A stretch of 64,000 nt of DNA from Phoronis australis. Taxonomy: Eukaryota; Animalia; Phoronida. The position numbers and the translations under genes are program-made. Within the stretch, counting starts at the first letter, position 1, and each line of letters opens with the position of its first letter. Below are positions 37,996 to 50,811 of this stretch, piece after piece. The notes beneath the pieces were generated by a model. The model was not told where the DNA came from, did not search any database, and worked only from the letters and a program-made list of their open reading frames with translations. Where the stretch lies: NCBI GenBank assembly GCA_002633005.1, contig NMRA01000297.1, forward strand, positions 338,993 through 402,992, in the 5' to 3' direction.

Positions 37996-38706
37996 AATCT
38001 ATTTAGTCCGGGTTACGCTACGAGCTATGTTGCAGAGTAAAACAAGAAGAAGATTGCGAATAATGTCATTTATTATGACGTAAATTGATAAAACTAAATA
38101 AGACTCTGCAAGATGGGCATGGAGAAAACGTCCACCGGCGTGTACAATGAGCAGCCCTGAAAGAGGGAACCAAAACAAAAGAACTGCCTGTAGAGCCGAA
38201 AGAAAAAGTACAGAACATGAACCATCAATACAAAAATTGAAAATACCTAACAGGTAGAGTATATTTGCAAAAGGAAAAAGTGAAACAGACACCTGGGATG
38301 GAGGGTGGGAAAAATCCAGGGAAGGAACGGTGGTCTTGTAGACGACGAGGTAGGTGGCTGAATGAGCTAGTGCACGTTGAATATAAAAAAGGAAATATTG
38401 GCTACCAATCAGGTGTCGCATAGAGAAATGTATGAATACAAAAGTAGGCACTTGAGGCTATCAATAGAGATGAGTAAAGAACAATAGTCCCTAAGGGTTG
38501 ATATCAAAATAAAGAGACAATTTTAAAAATAATTCCGATAAATGCATTTAATAAGATAAATTTAATTTTGTCGTAATCTATTTTGCCCGGGGTACGCCAC
38601 GAGCCATGTTGCAGAGTAAAACAAGAGGACTGCGAGTAATGTCATTTATTATGACGTAAATAGATAAAACTAAATAAGACTCTGCAAGATGGGCCTGGAG
38701 AAAACG
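37996..38706 (-). repeat. Split direct repeats (B1 38575-38706, B2 37996-38130)
   Basis: Two copies of about 135 bp, AATCTATTT...GCAGAGTAAAACAAGA...TCTGCAAGATGGGC.TGGAGAAAACG. Confidence 0.85.
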
Positions 38707-39109
38707 CCATAATGGCAGCATGGGAATGCTGACATCGCCCATCAGAGGAAGCGCAACCCGGGCAATAACAAGGTTAGACTATGATAAAATATTGGTACTA
38801 ATAACGGTATAACGGAAAACTAGAATATAAAAAATTAGAATATAACAAACCGCTAAGCAAAATGCAACAATGGAAGGAAAGGTAACTAGAACTAATGACT
38901 AGAAATTGCACAGACTGCAACTACATACCTTTGGCCGTAGGCTGCAACATCAGACCTGCGAACGGGAGGAGGCCGGCTGCAACAACAGACCTGACCTAGG
39001 GGGCTGAAACAACAGACCCAGAACAGTGGGAGGGGCTGAAAAGCAAAGTGAAAGAAATGGGGAGCTGCAACAACAGGCTCACAGGGAGTTCAGGAAGCCT
39101 GGGGAAGAG

Positions 39110-40037
39110 GAAAAATAGACATGCGAATGTAGTTTTTGGTGCGTCAGATTTCCAGCGCCGAATGTGCTGGATCACCGGTTCAGGGACGCCACGGCTGGCC
39201 GCTGATGTTGCGGCGCCAATGCGAAAGCTATGTGACGTATAAGACTTGGTGTCGAGTCCTACAAAGGAAACCACTTTAGTTAACATGGAGGTGAAACAGG
39301 AACGTTTAACCAGTGACCCACTGAGGTGTTGGAACAGGGGGCCTGGAGAGGGATGAAAAGTAGAAAAGTATAAGGTTATGGCAGCTACCGGGCAATGGAG
39401 AGATTGACTGGACGGAATAATAAGTGAGACTGGTTCCGAGCTGTGCTTGAAAGTGCGCATAGTGATGACCACAGAATCGCTAGAGGTTGGGAAGACGACG
39501 TTGCTGACCTGTATGACGTGGGAGGAGAGCGAGGAGGTGACAGTGAATTCACCGACTCTGAGGAAGGCATGGAAGGCTAGGAGGAATATAGCACGTGCGA
39601 GAACCGAGTCGGCAAATAAACCGAGTGCAAAAGGGCAGGCGCCAAACAAGCGGTGAAGCAAAGCTGAAGCAATGGGCATGCGTCTGTCAGAAGAGGAGTG
39701 CAGATTGGAAGTAACTTTGAGGAGTTTTTGATGAAAAATGAGGAAGTGGGGTCAGGGAGGTTGTCAAACTTGTGGACACAACTAATGACAGAGACATGGG
39801 AATGGATAGACGAGCTACTAAGACCAGACTCGAAAAGATGGGAGATGTAGAGGCCAGGAAAGAGGCATTAATGGGCAAGGTGAGAGGAGAGTTGTTAGAG
39901 GAGAGGTGAAATTGTGCAAAGTTATGCAGGAAGCTGGTGGAGGACTGAAGAGTGGAGGGGGCCAGGGAAGCCCGGAGCAGTCTGTTCACGCTGCCAGGAG
40001 GTGTGGCGGGATCGGTATCGGATGAGGGCTGAGCCAA
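39110..40037 (-). pseudogene. Tyrosine recombinase of the Ngaro/DIRS element
   Basis: LLRASLAPST N-terminus; FLLAFHAFLRVGEF; SHSFRIGAATSAA; RWKSDA. The catalytic YIR is displaced by a frameshift. Confidence 0.9.
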
Positions 40038-43020
40038 GAACCCTGAGAAAAGGCGACCTGAAAGTTGAAACGAGAAAGTGCATCAGCGATGATGTTAGTG
40101 TAGCCAGGGATATGTCTTGCCCGAAAATGAACGTTAAAGGTAAGAGCGGAGATGACCAGACGACGAACAAGGGACATAATAGGGTGGTGGCGGTAGGAGG
40201 TCTTGTTGATAATGTCAACAACGGCACGGTTGTCGCACAGGAAGAGGATCTTGTGATTGGCGAGCTTCGATCCCCACAGCTCTAGCGCTATGACGAAAAG
40301 AAGAAGTTCCTTGAAGGTGATGTGATGGTGATGCAGGTGGTCGGGTCACGGACAGGCAAACCAGGAAGCACCCAGTGTCGCAGCAAAACCCCCATTAGAA
40401 CCTGCAGCATCAGAGTACTCTTTGATGGTGTCTGAAGATGTCCACGTCATCAAATAGAAACAGTGTTTTCTCATTGAAACCTCGGAGAAAGATAGACCAA
40501 ACCCAAAGATCCGCTCTAGCTTCTTTATTGAGAGTGACGAAGTGGTCTGGTCTCGAAATTTCAATGGTGAGGTTGATGAGGCGGCGCAGGAAGGCGCAGC
40601 CGGGCACTATGACGGAGCAGGCGAAGTTTAGTGGACCAATGAGGGATTGAAGATTGCGAAGAGTAAACTTGCGGCGCTTCTGGAAGTCGAGGAGGAGGAT
40701 GGAAGCTTTGTCCACCTTTTCCTGTGGGACAGAAGTAGTCATGGTGGTAGAGTCGAGGTGGATGCCATAAATGGTGATGGAGGTGGTCGACTGAATTGTC
40801 TTGTTGTGGTTGATAGGAATGCCTAGGGAGTCGCAAAGTGATATGAATGCGGCAAGGTCCCGGGAGCATGTCGGCGAGGATGAGGGCCCACGAAAAGGAA
40901 GTCATCGAGGTAGTACGAAACGCAGGCGACCTTCAACTTGGTTTCCAGGATCCATTGAATCGCAGAACTGACCTTCTCGAAGATGTTGCAGCTGGAGGCA
41001 CAGTCAAATGGCAGGCACCTGTCGTAGTAGAAGTTGTTTGCTCAGGAGAGACATAAGATGTGGTAGTCGACAGTGTGCAAATGTACGATGCGAAAAGCGT
41101 CCTTGAAGTCAGTCTTACCCATGAGGGAGTGACGTCCCAACCGTGGTGGATAGCGTCCGTGATGGACTGGTACTGGAATTGGGAGAAATGAGGGTGTATG
41201 AAGGAGTTAAAGGAATATGCCACCCGTCTTTTTTGCCGTCTTAATCCAAATCGCCTCGCATACGGTAGACCTTACCTTGCCAAGAGGTGTCGCGTTAACC
41301 TGTGAGGAAGGTGAGAAACGACCCTAGCGACGTCAGTGGTTCATACGCAGAGTGAATGCCGCTAAATTGCGGTGCATCGTTCTCGCTTGTCCGAACTAAG
41401 GACCTGCGAGGAAAGCGGGTATATCGTTTTTTTTACTTCATCGAGAGTCCGAAATGCTTAAGAAGTGGCTCATGGTAGTGAAGAATGAAATGTACGCTGT
41501 AAATAGCAAGTATGAGGCCGTTAAACATCTCCGTGTCTGTGGCTTGGAGAGGTCGACAGTGCCTGACAAATGCCGGCTTACCAAATAACTCCATACGTTC
41601 CGTTGTCTGAGCTTGTTCACAGCGCCTCTCTAGTATTTCTTCGTCACTGTGGTCCAGTTCGAATTGATAGCCTGTCAAACTTAACGATCCACCTGCGAAG
41701 TCGGGACTGATGAGCTCTAGCTCGTCCTAAGTCGGGATTGGGAGTTGCCATGATCATGTTGGCGTTTATTACTGAGCGTTCTGTTTCAAAATTAATTATT
41801 CTGACCCTAACCAATTTATAACTGTTTGTCTCATTAGATGCAATTAGTAATGCCTTTTGAGTGTTCGTGAGTGCAAATGATTTGAGAAGCCACTGAGCAA
41901 TGAATAAATCACTGCGTTACCGGCTTTAGGTGCAATAAAACTAATTGACGGGACACCAAGGCTCATACGTGTGATCTCATGCTAATTTAGTGTTTGCTGG
42001 CAGAAACTGTTGTGAAACAACTCGATTTCCATTCCACGGCCAGGTGTTAGGGGAATCTTTATTTACATTTACATTACTCAAATAATGATTGCCAATGTAC
42101 AACTTTTGCCCTGACAGTGCTGTGGCCAAATCGGAACCTGAATTCGCGGCACCCGACGATTAGGTAGATTTGCAGTTTCGTGGCTAATTCACCAACATAA
42201 TCAGGTGCACATTACTTTGACTCACTAGTATAGTAAATTCTTGATTGGAAGTTTAGTTTCCACTGAACTTTGGCTGGTTTATGTTCGTGATGTCTGATCA
42301 GTTTCCGAGCCACTGGCCGGGATAACGAGATAATCCGGCCGTCCGCGACGGGCCTGATCGGGCTCCGAGCCACTGGCCAGGATAACATGCGTTTTGTGTT
42401 TAGAACTCAAAAAATCACAAGTCTAAACAACACAGTTCTAGTTTCTCCTGTCTGTAGCTCACAAAAAATACTTCGAAATTATCTCCGAACAGACCCCAAA
42501 CTCCTGCTATGGACCTTATTGGCCTGCCGAACTTAGGTTACGGTGTGTCCAAATGCCAATAAATCCGTAAGAGCGAATTAAAACAACACGTTTTTATAAG
42601 AACTCGGTGTATTTTTAAGGGCTTTACATCGAAGTTTGATGATTTATTGGTGTTAAACGATGACTTCAAACGATAACCTGATACCAGTAAGCCGTGTTGT
42701 GAACTGCTGAACAGACTGCGTGTGAAACCGGTGACGTCATTGGATAATTTCAACACCTCCGTCTGCCGTCAGGAGTCAGGTAACGCAACCGTACGTGTCG
42801 TTATGGAGTAGAACTATTCGATCTAAATTGATACAAATTAGGTTGTTTTTGGGTGGCATGCTCCTTTAACAGAGTAAGAGTAACGAGATGGATATGAGTA
42901 CAAGTTTTGAATAAGACGAAAACTGCTAGGGTGACATTTCGGGATGAGGGCAAGGGGTGACAAAGAGAAAAGGGGGAATGGAGGAAATGGGAAAGGGTCA
43001 GCATTAATAGCGACCTAGCA
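39986..43020 (-). pseudogene. Reverse transcriptase / RNase H of the Ngaro/DIRS element, interrupted by an insertion at 41211-42865
   Basis: LALIPK..FRLIQNL (about 42900-42960); SVNSFI across the TTAA; LQSLIGPLNFACSVIVPG.AFLRRL; CDN.AVVDIIN; ARHIPGYTNIIADALSRF. Confidence 0.88.
41211..42865. mobile_element. Non-autonomous Kolobok-like DNA transposon, copy 2
   Basis: TTAA at 41207-41210 and 42866-42869; TIRs AGGAATATGCCACCC / GGGTGGCATGCTCCT; homologous to 22192-24146. Confidence 0.9.
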
Positions 43021-43989
43021 GGTTGCTTGGTAAAGTAATTATTTTACGCCGTCTCAAGAAACTGGTTTACCGCATTAAAAGTTACTTTACGCCACGGATA
43101 ATTATTACTTTATACCTATAACAAACATTAACTTACGCTCGATTGCACGTGCACACGGGCGAAGACCTTCTGTTCCGAGGATCTATCAGTGGACTAAAAA
43201 ATGGGAACGTGTTTTTGCTTTTCGTCCGCTATCGGTCCTAACTCCTGAGCTCAGTATCTCCTCACGCTTCACGCTGTATTGTTGTTTCATTTTGCTTGCG
43301 GTAGCCAAGGGTGGCGCCTATGAACGTACACCCATTTGGCCAATAATACGCGGCTGCCTCATACGTGACATTTTTTGCACGAAAATTGGAAACTATCTCT
43401 GTATTCTATAAGGTACATGTAGGTTGGGGCGTCTGGGAAACCAACATGACATATTTAGACCTAAAGCTCAGTCATCAAAACCAAGACATCTTTCATTTCC
43501 AGGAAATCACCTGCATGTAGGTCCTACAAAAACAGAAGTCCACAAACTATGTTACGTGGCTTCATGTATCAAACTCTTTCTCGCAAATCTGTTAAGAAGT
43601 AGTTCCAAGGACCTACACAGAAGCAACAGTCAAATTGAAGATCTTCTGTTTTCGATTCAATAACCGGCAAAGCACCGCAGAGACAATGCGGTGCTACTTA
43701 CTCGCTTGTGTCATACGATACTTTCCAACCATATTCTGCCTTCTTAGGTTAACGAGATCCAATTTGTATTCAAAATATTGTAAATAAATGGATAAGCACA
43801 TATTGCTACCGACCAGAGCTACTTTTATAGATTTAGGTGCGGCGATAAACTGAACACTGGTTCGAGTTATTCACTTTATTAATCTCTACCGAACGTTCAC
43901 AAGTGTACTCAAACAAAGTGTCCTACGTAATGCCAGTTTCATGCTGCAGCCAGTGCTGCGAAGCAGTGAATTATGATCAAGCAGTGTAG

Positions 43990-46700
43990 TATAGTAGGAG
44001 AGTTCGCTTCTGAGTTTGCTTTTATCGCTACTACGAGCGCCGCCAAGTGGTAAATAAGCAACGGTCAAGTAGGAAGGGCGAGAATAATGGGGAAGGGCGC
44101 ATTTTGCAGTGCGATAAATGTAACTAATTCATCCACGAAAACCCAAGACATGTCATTTTTTACTTTTCCTAAGGATCCAGAAAGCTAGGGATTATTTATT
44201 ATTTAATAATATGATACATAATTGTCTTCATTTTCTGAGTTCTGTTCACTGTTTGAAGATAAATCGATCGCAGTCCCGGTGCCACTGTTGTCTGCAGTGT
44301 AGGCTGGGCCTATTGCACAGCCGGGCTGCTGGCGGAAGAATTATTATTAACGTTGTGATCGTCAACTTTTTGGATATTTGAAGTGCATGTATGACAAGTC
44401 AAAATATCACCAGAACGATCACAAGGATAATTTTAGAAAACACATACCCATGACCATGGGTCTATATGACCGGTGACACGGCCACAGTCACAGCCACAGG
44501 GCCGCAAATCTATCTTTATTCAAGTTAGAGAATCTGTGGGTCTCGTTGAAAAGGCGAAAAATCGAAATAATTTTAATGTGTTAGTTGGCCCAAGTTAAGC
44601 AACACCAGTGCGTCAATGAAAACTTAATTCTATGCGCCAATGGTGCGGGGCGCAGCCCTAAAAATATCCGTGGATCGACATTTGAGTGTTAGTTGTTGTA
44701 GTTGAAACCAAGACGGTTTTGTCTCTAACACAGGCACATTACTACAGGACTACTGTGGTGTAGTGTAGTGTAGGCTTCTGGTCTTCTATGAGCCTGGTGA
44801 GTATGAGGTTTGTTCCTGAGTCTCTCATTGATTTCTGTTTAAGGTGTAAGCGCTGGGATCCAACTTTATGAATACAGATTCAGCCTACTTGTCCAAGAAC
44901 TGCAAGTGAGGCTCTCGCCACTTCCATAAGTCCATGTTCATGAATGCTTGTATGAAGAACAAGCTGGTATCTAATTCAGTGCCAGCAATATTTGATGTCT
45001 CGAATCCGACAAGAACAAATTTGTCAAAAAGTTCTCCGGATATTAACTAAAGTATAATACGGCTCTGAAATACAAATATTTGTATGTCTGATTTTCGACT
45101 CACAAAGCAAGTTCTAGGACATCACGTGTAGAAAAGACAAATCTTGTTTTTTAAGTTTTTACTAAGGTTGATCACATTGAAACATTTTATGAAAGGTTAG
45201 CCTGTGATTCGGAGAGAGCAAAGTGAAACCGATGGATTTTTCAGAGTCCGAATGGAGGGCTGAAATTTTGATAAACCCAAGCCATGAGAATCAGTTTGCT
45301 TCTTGATGACAAACACCTCTGTGAGTAAATTAGTATTCAGCTTTGCTTATAACGCGTTCCTTTGGCGAAAAGAACGGCAGTGAATTACTAGAGAGTGAGA
45401 GGGTTGGTCAGATTTTCTTGTTGTATTGGTGTACATTGTATGTGCTGCATAGTTTGTACGTTTTTGGAGATTGTGATTAATTTAAGCCCCAGTTGTGGCT
45501 AGATAACAGACACGATCTTGTGTTCAGGCTGTAACTTATCTGAGATATTTATTGTTATTGATACGAGGAACTGTGAGTATGTGAAATTATATTCTGGTGT
45601 TGCCATCCAAGTCTTCTTGGTGCAGTTTTGTATGAAGTTGTGTGGGTAGTGAATATTGTGATTGCTGTTCAGTACCTCTTAAATTTTCGTTATGACATTT
45701 TGAACTTTAATTAGTTTTGAGTGATGATATACTCAATGTTATACGTTTTGTAAGTTGTGAGCTATTCTACAGTTTAGCAAATGACTTGTAACTAACGGTG
45801 ATTATAGTGGGTGAGTGGGCAGTTAACCCTATACTGGCATGTCACTGAGAAATAATGGGATGTTCTAAAATTTTATGTGAGAGGGCAGCAGAATGGATAA
45901 CAATGTGGTGGAAGTCATGAATTGCCTTGCTTCCTTCTTCTTACTTCTGTAACACCCACTACACAAAACAGTTGTCTGCACTGCTAGTAGTCTGGAACAC
46001 ATGCGAAATTGTTAGGTGGACATGAAACCAGCAGTGAGCTGGGAGCAACATGTTATGAAAAGGTGGTACTGACATAACCTCAGGGTCCTGGCCACCGGTC
46101 ATTACAAAATGTCCTTGGGGGGCCATGCACAAAACAGGACCAAATCTTATCACCACCTCACCACATGTTGTCAGTGGTCAGGGGGTCAACCAAAATTTGT
46201 GGCGATGGAAGGGTCTCAACACTCATGTCGCAGACCCCCCTGGTTTGCACCCCTCCCTTGTACCCCCTTTGCTGGCATTTGGGGGCAACTCCCCTCTGAA
46301 CCTCCAGGGGTTAACATTAAAATTATGTAGCCTATGAAGGTATGAAATGTTATAAGGAACGTAAATTTGCCTTATTAAGAACCCAAACATGAAACAAAAC
46401 CCTGATGGCATTTGAAGGACCTTCAAGAGAATGAAAGCAAATACATTTTGATTAAAATACACTTTTTCATTCTCATTCGATTATAAGTGGATGTTAGTTT
46501 ACGTATTTCAACCATTTTCAATCACACATTAATTATATTGGACGTCGAACGCCATTAAAGTATGAATTTATTAGTGTTTACATGGTTCGGACTCCGCCGC
46601 CAAATTAGTGTTGCTTTCTCGCCGCTTGGGGCGCTTGTTTTTCGACCGATAACCATTTTGGCGAATGGCAAGACAGCGGAGCGAACTTTCCTATTCTATG
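43990..46700 (+). mobile_element. Decayed THAP-domain DNA transposon (P-element-like), deleted derivative
   Basis: Two-exon THAP remnant MGKGAFCSAIN..N...SFFTFPKDPE (about 44087-44185) and CKRW...SRHF...KLVSNSVPAIFDV.NP (about 44843-45010). Imperfect inverted ends TAGGAGAGTTCGC / GCGAACTTTCCTATTCTATG plus subterminal inverted motifs. TSD not seen. Confidence 0.55.
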
Positions 46701-47072
46701 TGCACTCCTTGTTATAATGAGCTCGCTGACGTACCTAGCGCAGTGTACGGAGATGTTCTTCCCAGGAAACGGTGTGGAGTAGTACATGTACAATGTCAAA
46801 ACACTGCTCGATATTATATGAGCATACCAACATCACATCCTCCTCATCATCCTCTTGAACAGTGCTGCCGAGTTTACCAGGTCAAATGACATTCTGTGGA
46901 ACTGTTAACAGCATCCAGGGTCACAAATGATGTTTCCTCTTTACACGTCTCATACATGTGAAATTGCCAGTAGCTTTTATTAAAGTCGAAATTCGAGAAT
47001 AAAAGGTGACCATCCAGTCACCATGAGAGCTTCTGGGCTACCAAAGGGTTCGTTATCAAATTCTGTCACCGC

Positions 47073-47693
47073 ATTCAGCCGCCGTACACATAGCCTTACA
47101 TCTACATATATACTCGCACGCTTGTGTAACGAGGCTCGATAAGCTGTCGGAACCTTGCCAACATGGTTTATTTTTGGAGTTCAATCCTGGAACAATAAAA
47201 CGCTATTTACAATACAACAAAACAAGTCTGAAACATACAGTATGAGGTCTGCAACGCCATTTTCTCAGGGGTCCACCTCATCACCTTGTACTTTACATTG
47301 CATTCTAATTGAATACAAGTGGGAATGCACAACGATAATACAATACACAATTACTCCACATAAGCGAAAAAGATCCAAGGCANATTCAGCCGCCGTACAC
47401 ATAGCCTTACATCTACATATATACTCGCACGCTTGTGTAACGAGGCTCGATAAGCTGTCGGAACCTTGCCAACATGGTTTATTTTTGGAGTTCAATCCTG
47501 GAACAATAAAACGCTATTTACAATACAACAAAACAAGTCTGAAACGTACAGTATGAGGTCTGCAACGCCATTTTCTCAGGGGTCCACCTCATCACCTTGT
47601 ACTTTACATTGCATTCTAATTGAATACAAGTGGGAATGCACAACGATAATACAATACACAATTACTCCACATAAGCGAAAAAGATCCAAGGCA
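47073..47693. other. 310-bp tandem duplication separated by a single N; probable assembly overlap artefact
   Basis: 47073-47382 equals 47384-47693 apart from one A/G difference I could see; N at 47383. Confidence 0.85.
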
Positions 47694-47829
47694 TTGATAA
47701 AATAAAAAATCAGCTAAATCAATTTGGATCCGGTTAATCCGAAGACAAAATGGATGTTTCTCAATATCCACAACGGCTCAATATAATAATCATCAAACAA
47801 ATACAAGTGATTTAATTCCAGACTGGCAT

Positions 47830-47915
47830 TTATTCCAACAATGCCACACCCAGACCGGTAGTTATTCCAACAATGCCACACCCAGACCGGTATTTATTCC
47901 AAAAATGCCACACCC
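47830..47915. repeat. Short tandem repeat, unit about 32-33 bp, about 2.7 copies
   Basis: TTATTCCAACAATGCCACACCCAGACCGGTA repeated. Confidence 0.85.
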
Positions 47916-48569
47916 AAATGTAAACAACGTGGTGCAGTGCAAAAACAGCGCAAAGAATGACAAACGTAACCAACTGTATTCTGTGACAAAATCTGGCTGG
48001 TACAACAAACTGGCGCGACAACTGACACACAGTAGTAAAGACAATCCCTTGTAATCAGTTAATTAATGAAGAAGAGGGCAAGTAAGAAAACTCAGTTAGA
48101 ATAACAGAACGCCCCCAAAAGACCAATGACTCAAACGTTTCGCTGAACTTCAGAGACTGCAATGCAATCAAATGTGAGTCAAGCTCAAGCTCTATTTGTC
48201 AAAAGACAGAACCGGTTCAAACCAGCCCAGGCCTTGCACAATTCCTACTGTGCGCATTAACTAACAAATCAACACATTAAAACTAAAAACACAAACAAAG
48301 AGCTTGTTGGTGAAGGTCACACACAGTCAGTCCATAGAACCGTGGGTCTAGTTAGGGTGAACGTATTCATTCTTCACACAAAATGATAAAATAAAATACA
48401 CTACATAGCTATATCCCTGCTTACCTACCTAAATTCCTAAAAATCAACCTACTTAACTACCGACAAAATTTTCAATCAAGCTTCCAAACTACAAATCTAC
48501 CAACTGACCTACTTACTTACCAACTCCTGTACCTGCCCACCAACCTAACTTCTTAACTAACTACCCATC

Positions 48570-49835
48570 TCTGTAACTACACATACCTACCTATGTGCCT
48601 GCTTATCATTATAACTACATGTACCTACCTATCTGAGTGCCCATCATTATAACTATATATACCCACCTATCTGCCTGACCCCCAATGTAACTACATGTAC
48701 CTACCTATCTGCCTGACCATCAATATAACTTCATGTACCTACCTATCTTCATGCCCATCATTATAACTACCAGTACGTAACTATCTACCTGTCCATGATT
48801 ATAAAAACATGTTCTTACCTACCTGCTTACCCATCGTTATAACTACATGTACTTCCTACCTGCCTGCCTGCCATTATAACTACATGTACCTACCCATATG
48901 CCTGCCCATCAATATAACTACCTGTACCTACGTATCAGCCTGCCCATCATTATATCGACATGTACCTAACTATATGCCTGCCCGTCATTATAACTACATA
49001 AACCTACCTTTCTCTCTGCCTTCCATTATAACTCCGTGTACCTACTTATCTGCCTGCCCATTATTATAACTACATGTACCTACGTATCAGCCTGCCCATG
49101 ATTATATTTACGTGTACCTAAATATCTGCCTGTTCATCATTATTACTACATGTACCTACCTATCTGCCTGCACATCAATATAACTACATGTACCTACCTA
49201 TCTGCCTGCCCATCATTTTAACTACATGTACCAATCTATCTGCCTGCACATCATTATAACTACATGTACTTACCTTTCTGCCTGCCCATTATTTTAATTA
49301 CATGTACCTACCTATCTGCCCACCAATCATTATAACTACATGTATCTACCTATCTGCCTGCCTATCATTATAACTACATCTACCTACCTTTCTGGCTGCC
49401 CATCAGTATAACAACTTGTACCTATCTGTCTGCCTACCCATCATTATACCTACATGTGCCTACGTATCAGCCTGCCCATGATTATAACTACATGTACCTA
49501 AATATCTGCCTGCTCATCATTATTACTACATGTACCTACCTATCTGCCTGCACATCAATATAACTACATGTACCTACCTATCTGCCTGCCCATCATTTTA
49601 ACTATATGTACCAATCTATCTGCCTGCACATCATTATAACTACATGTACCTACCTATCTGTCCACCAATCATTATAACTACATGTATCTACCTATCTGCC
49701 TGCCTATCATTATAACTACATCTACCTACCTTTCTGGCTGCCCATCAGTATAACAACATGTACCTATCTGTCTGCCTACCCATCATTATACCTACATGTG
49801 CCTACCTATCTATTTGCCTATCATTATACCTAAGT
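48570..49835. repeat. 38-bp minisatellite, about 33 copies
   Basis: Consensus ATGTACCTACCTATCTGCCTGCCCATCATTATAACTAC, head to tail, no spacers. Confidence 0.95.
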
Positions 49836-50108
49836 CCCTTATCAGCCTACCTACCTACCAAACTACCTACTTATTCGTCTCTCTCTAAGTGAAGGGACTA
49901 CGTTCATGAGTAAAGCAGCTGTGTTGTTCGGGTAGCAGCATCATTTCTTACACAGAACAATAAATTCCTGATAGCTCTGGTCAAAGTTGCAAGTCAAAGC
50001 AATCTATACGTATGACCTTCCTTCTTAACTTTCGCACCCAACCAGAAGGCAGACGTGTAATTTGCGTTGAGTGAGAATAGGTAATGTTCAGCTATGGTGA
50101 TCGCACGG

Positions 50109-50213
50109 GATTGGCCAGGATATGGCAGTGATTGGCCAAATAATAGCAGTGATTGGCCAGAATATAGGTATGATTGGCCAGAATATAGCAGTGATTGGCC
50201 AGGATATAGCAGT
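50109..50213. repeat. 21-bp tandem repeat, 5 copies
   Basis: GATTGGCCAGGATATAGCAGT-like units. Confidence 0.9.
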
Positions 50214-50658
50214 TCTTTTCACGAATATGCTGCTCTAATAGTTGTAATACAGCTAATAAGACTCGTATGAAATGTTGTCTTAAGCGGCTGATGTGCATTC
50301 AGGCGTCTTACCTGCCTCGTTCATAACATTCACACCTGAACGTGGAATTCACTTACTGTATGAGCAGTGAAAGGAATACTCAAGCATCGAAAGTAACTAT
50401 GAACTGATATTCAATCCTACAATAGTCTTTTGGTGCTTTCAGTTGGCTGCTACATTTCGGATTGGAACCAGCAAAAAGGGGATTAGGAATTCCAAACCTG
50501 CAGATGTTAATGATATTGCATTTGCCTGACAAGGGATATATCCTTTGTGAAAGTGTTAAATTTTCCTCATCCCATCGGCGTCGGTTGAACGCGCCGGAGT
50601 TCTTTAGATGACTTTTTATAGAGATTATAAGATTTTGATTGTATATTTATCTCAACAG

Positions 50659-50811
50659 CAGTTACCGATAACAGTAGTGTCCGAGCACAATGCGAAAGAC
50701 GTCATGTTGGATATAAAAGCTGAAAACTTCTACAATCCACCAAGCTCTATCCACGAAGAGGTGTCCCGAGAAATTCAAGCTTTCAAATTCTACAGTAGCG
50801 TGTTAGTTAAG
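50659..50811 (+). CDS. pLGIC exon C (beta7 onward)
   Basis: CTCAACAG|QLPITVVSEH... continues FPFDIQ in phase 0; donor AAG|GTAACT (3' boundary less certain). Confidence 0.75.

Larger units (their letters stand above)
37996..43030 (-). mobile_element. Decayed, 5'-truncated Ngaro/DIRS-type tyrosine-recombinase retrotransposon
   Basis: RT, RNase H and YR in order on the minus strand; 3' direct repeats at 37996-38130 and 38575-38706 fit the Ngaro B1-A2-B2 arrangement; gag and A1 not found. Confidence 0.88.

Noticed and set aside
48570-49835. CRISPR-like array (38-bp repeats)
   Set aside because: Units are head to tail with no unique spacers, there are no cas genes, and the context is eukaryotic.
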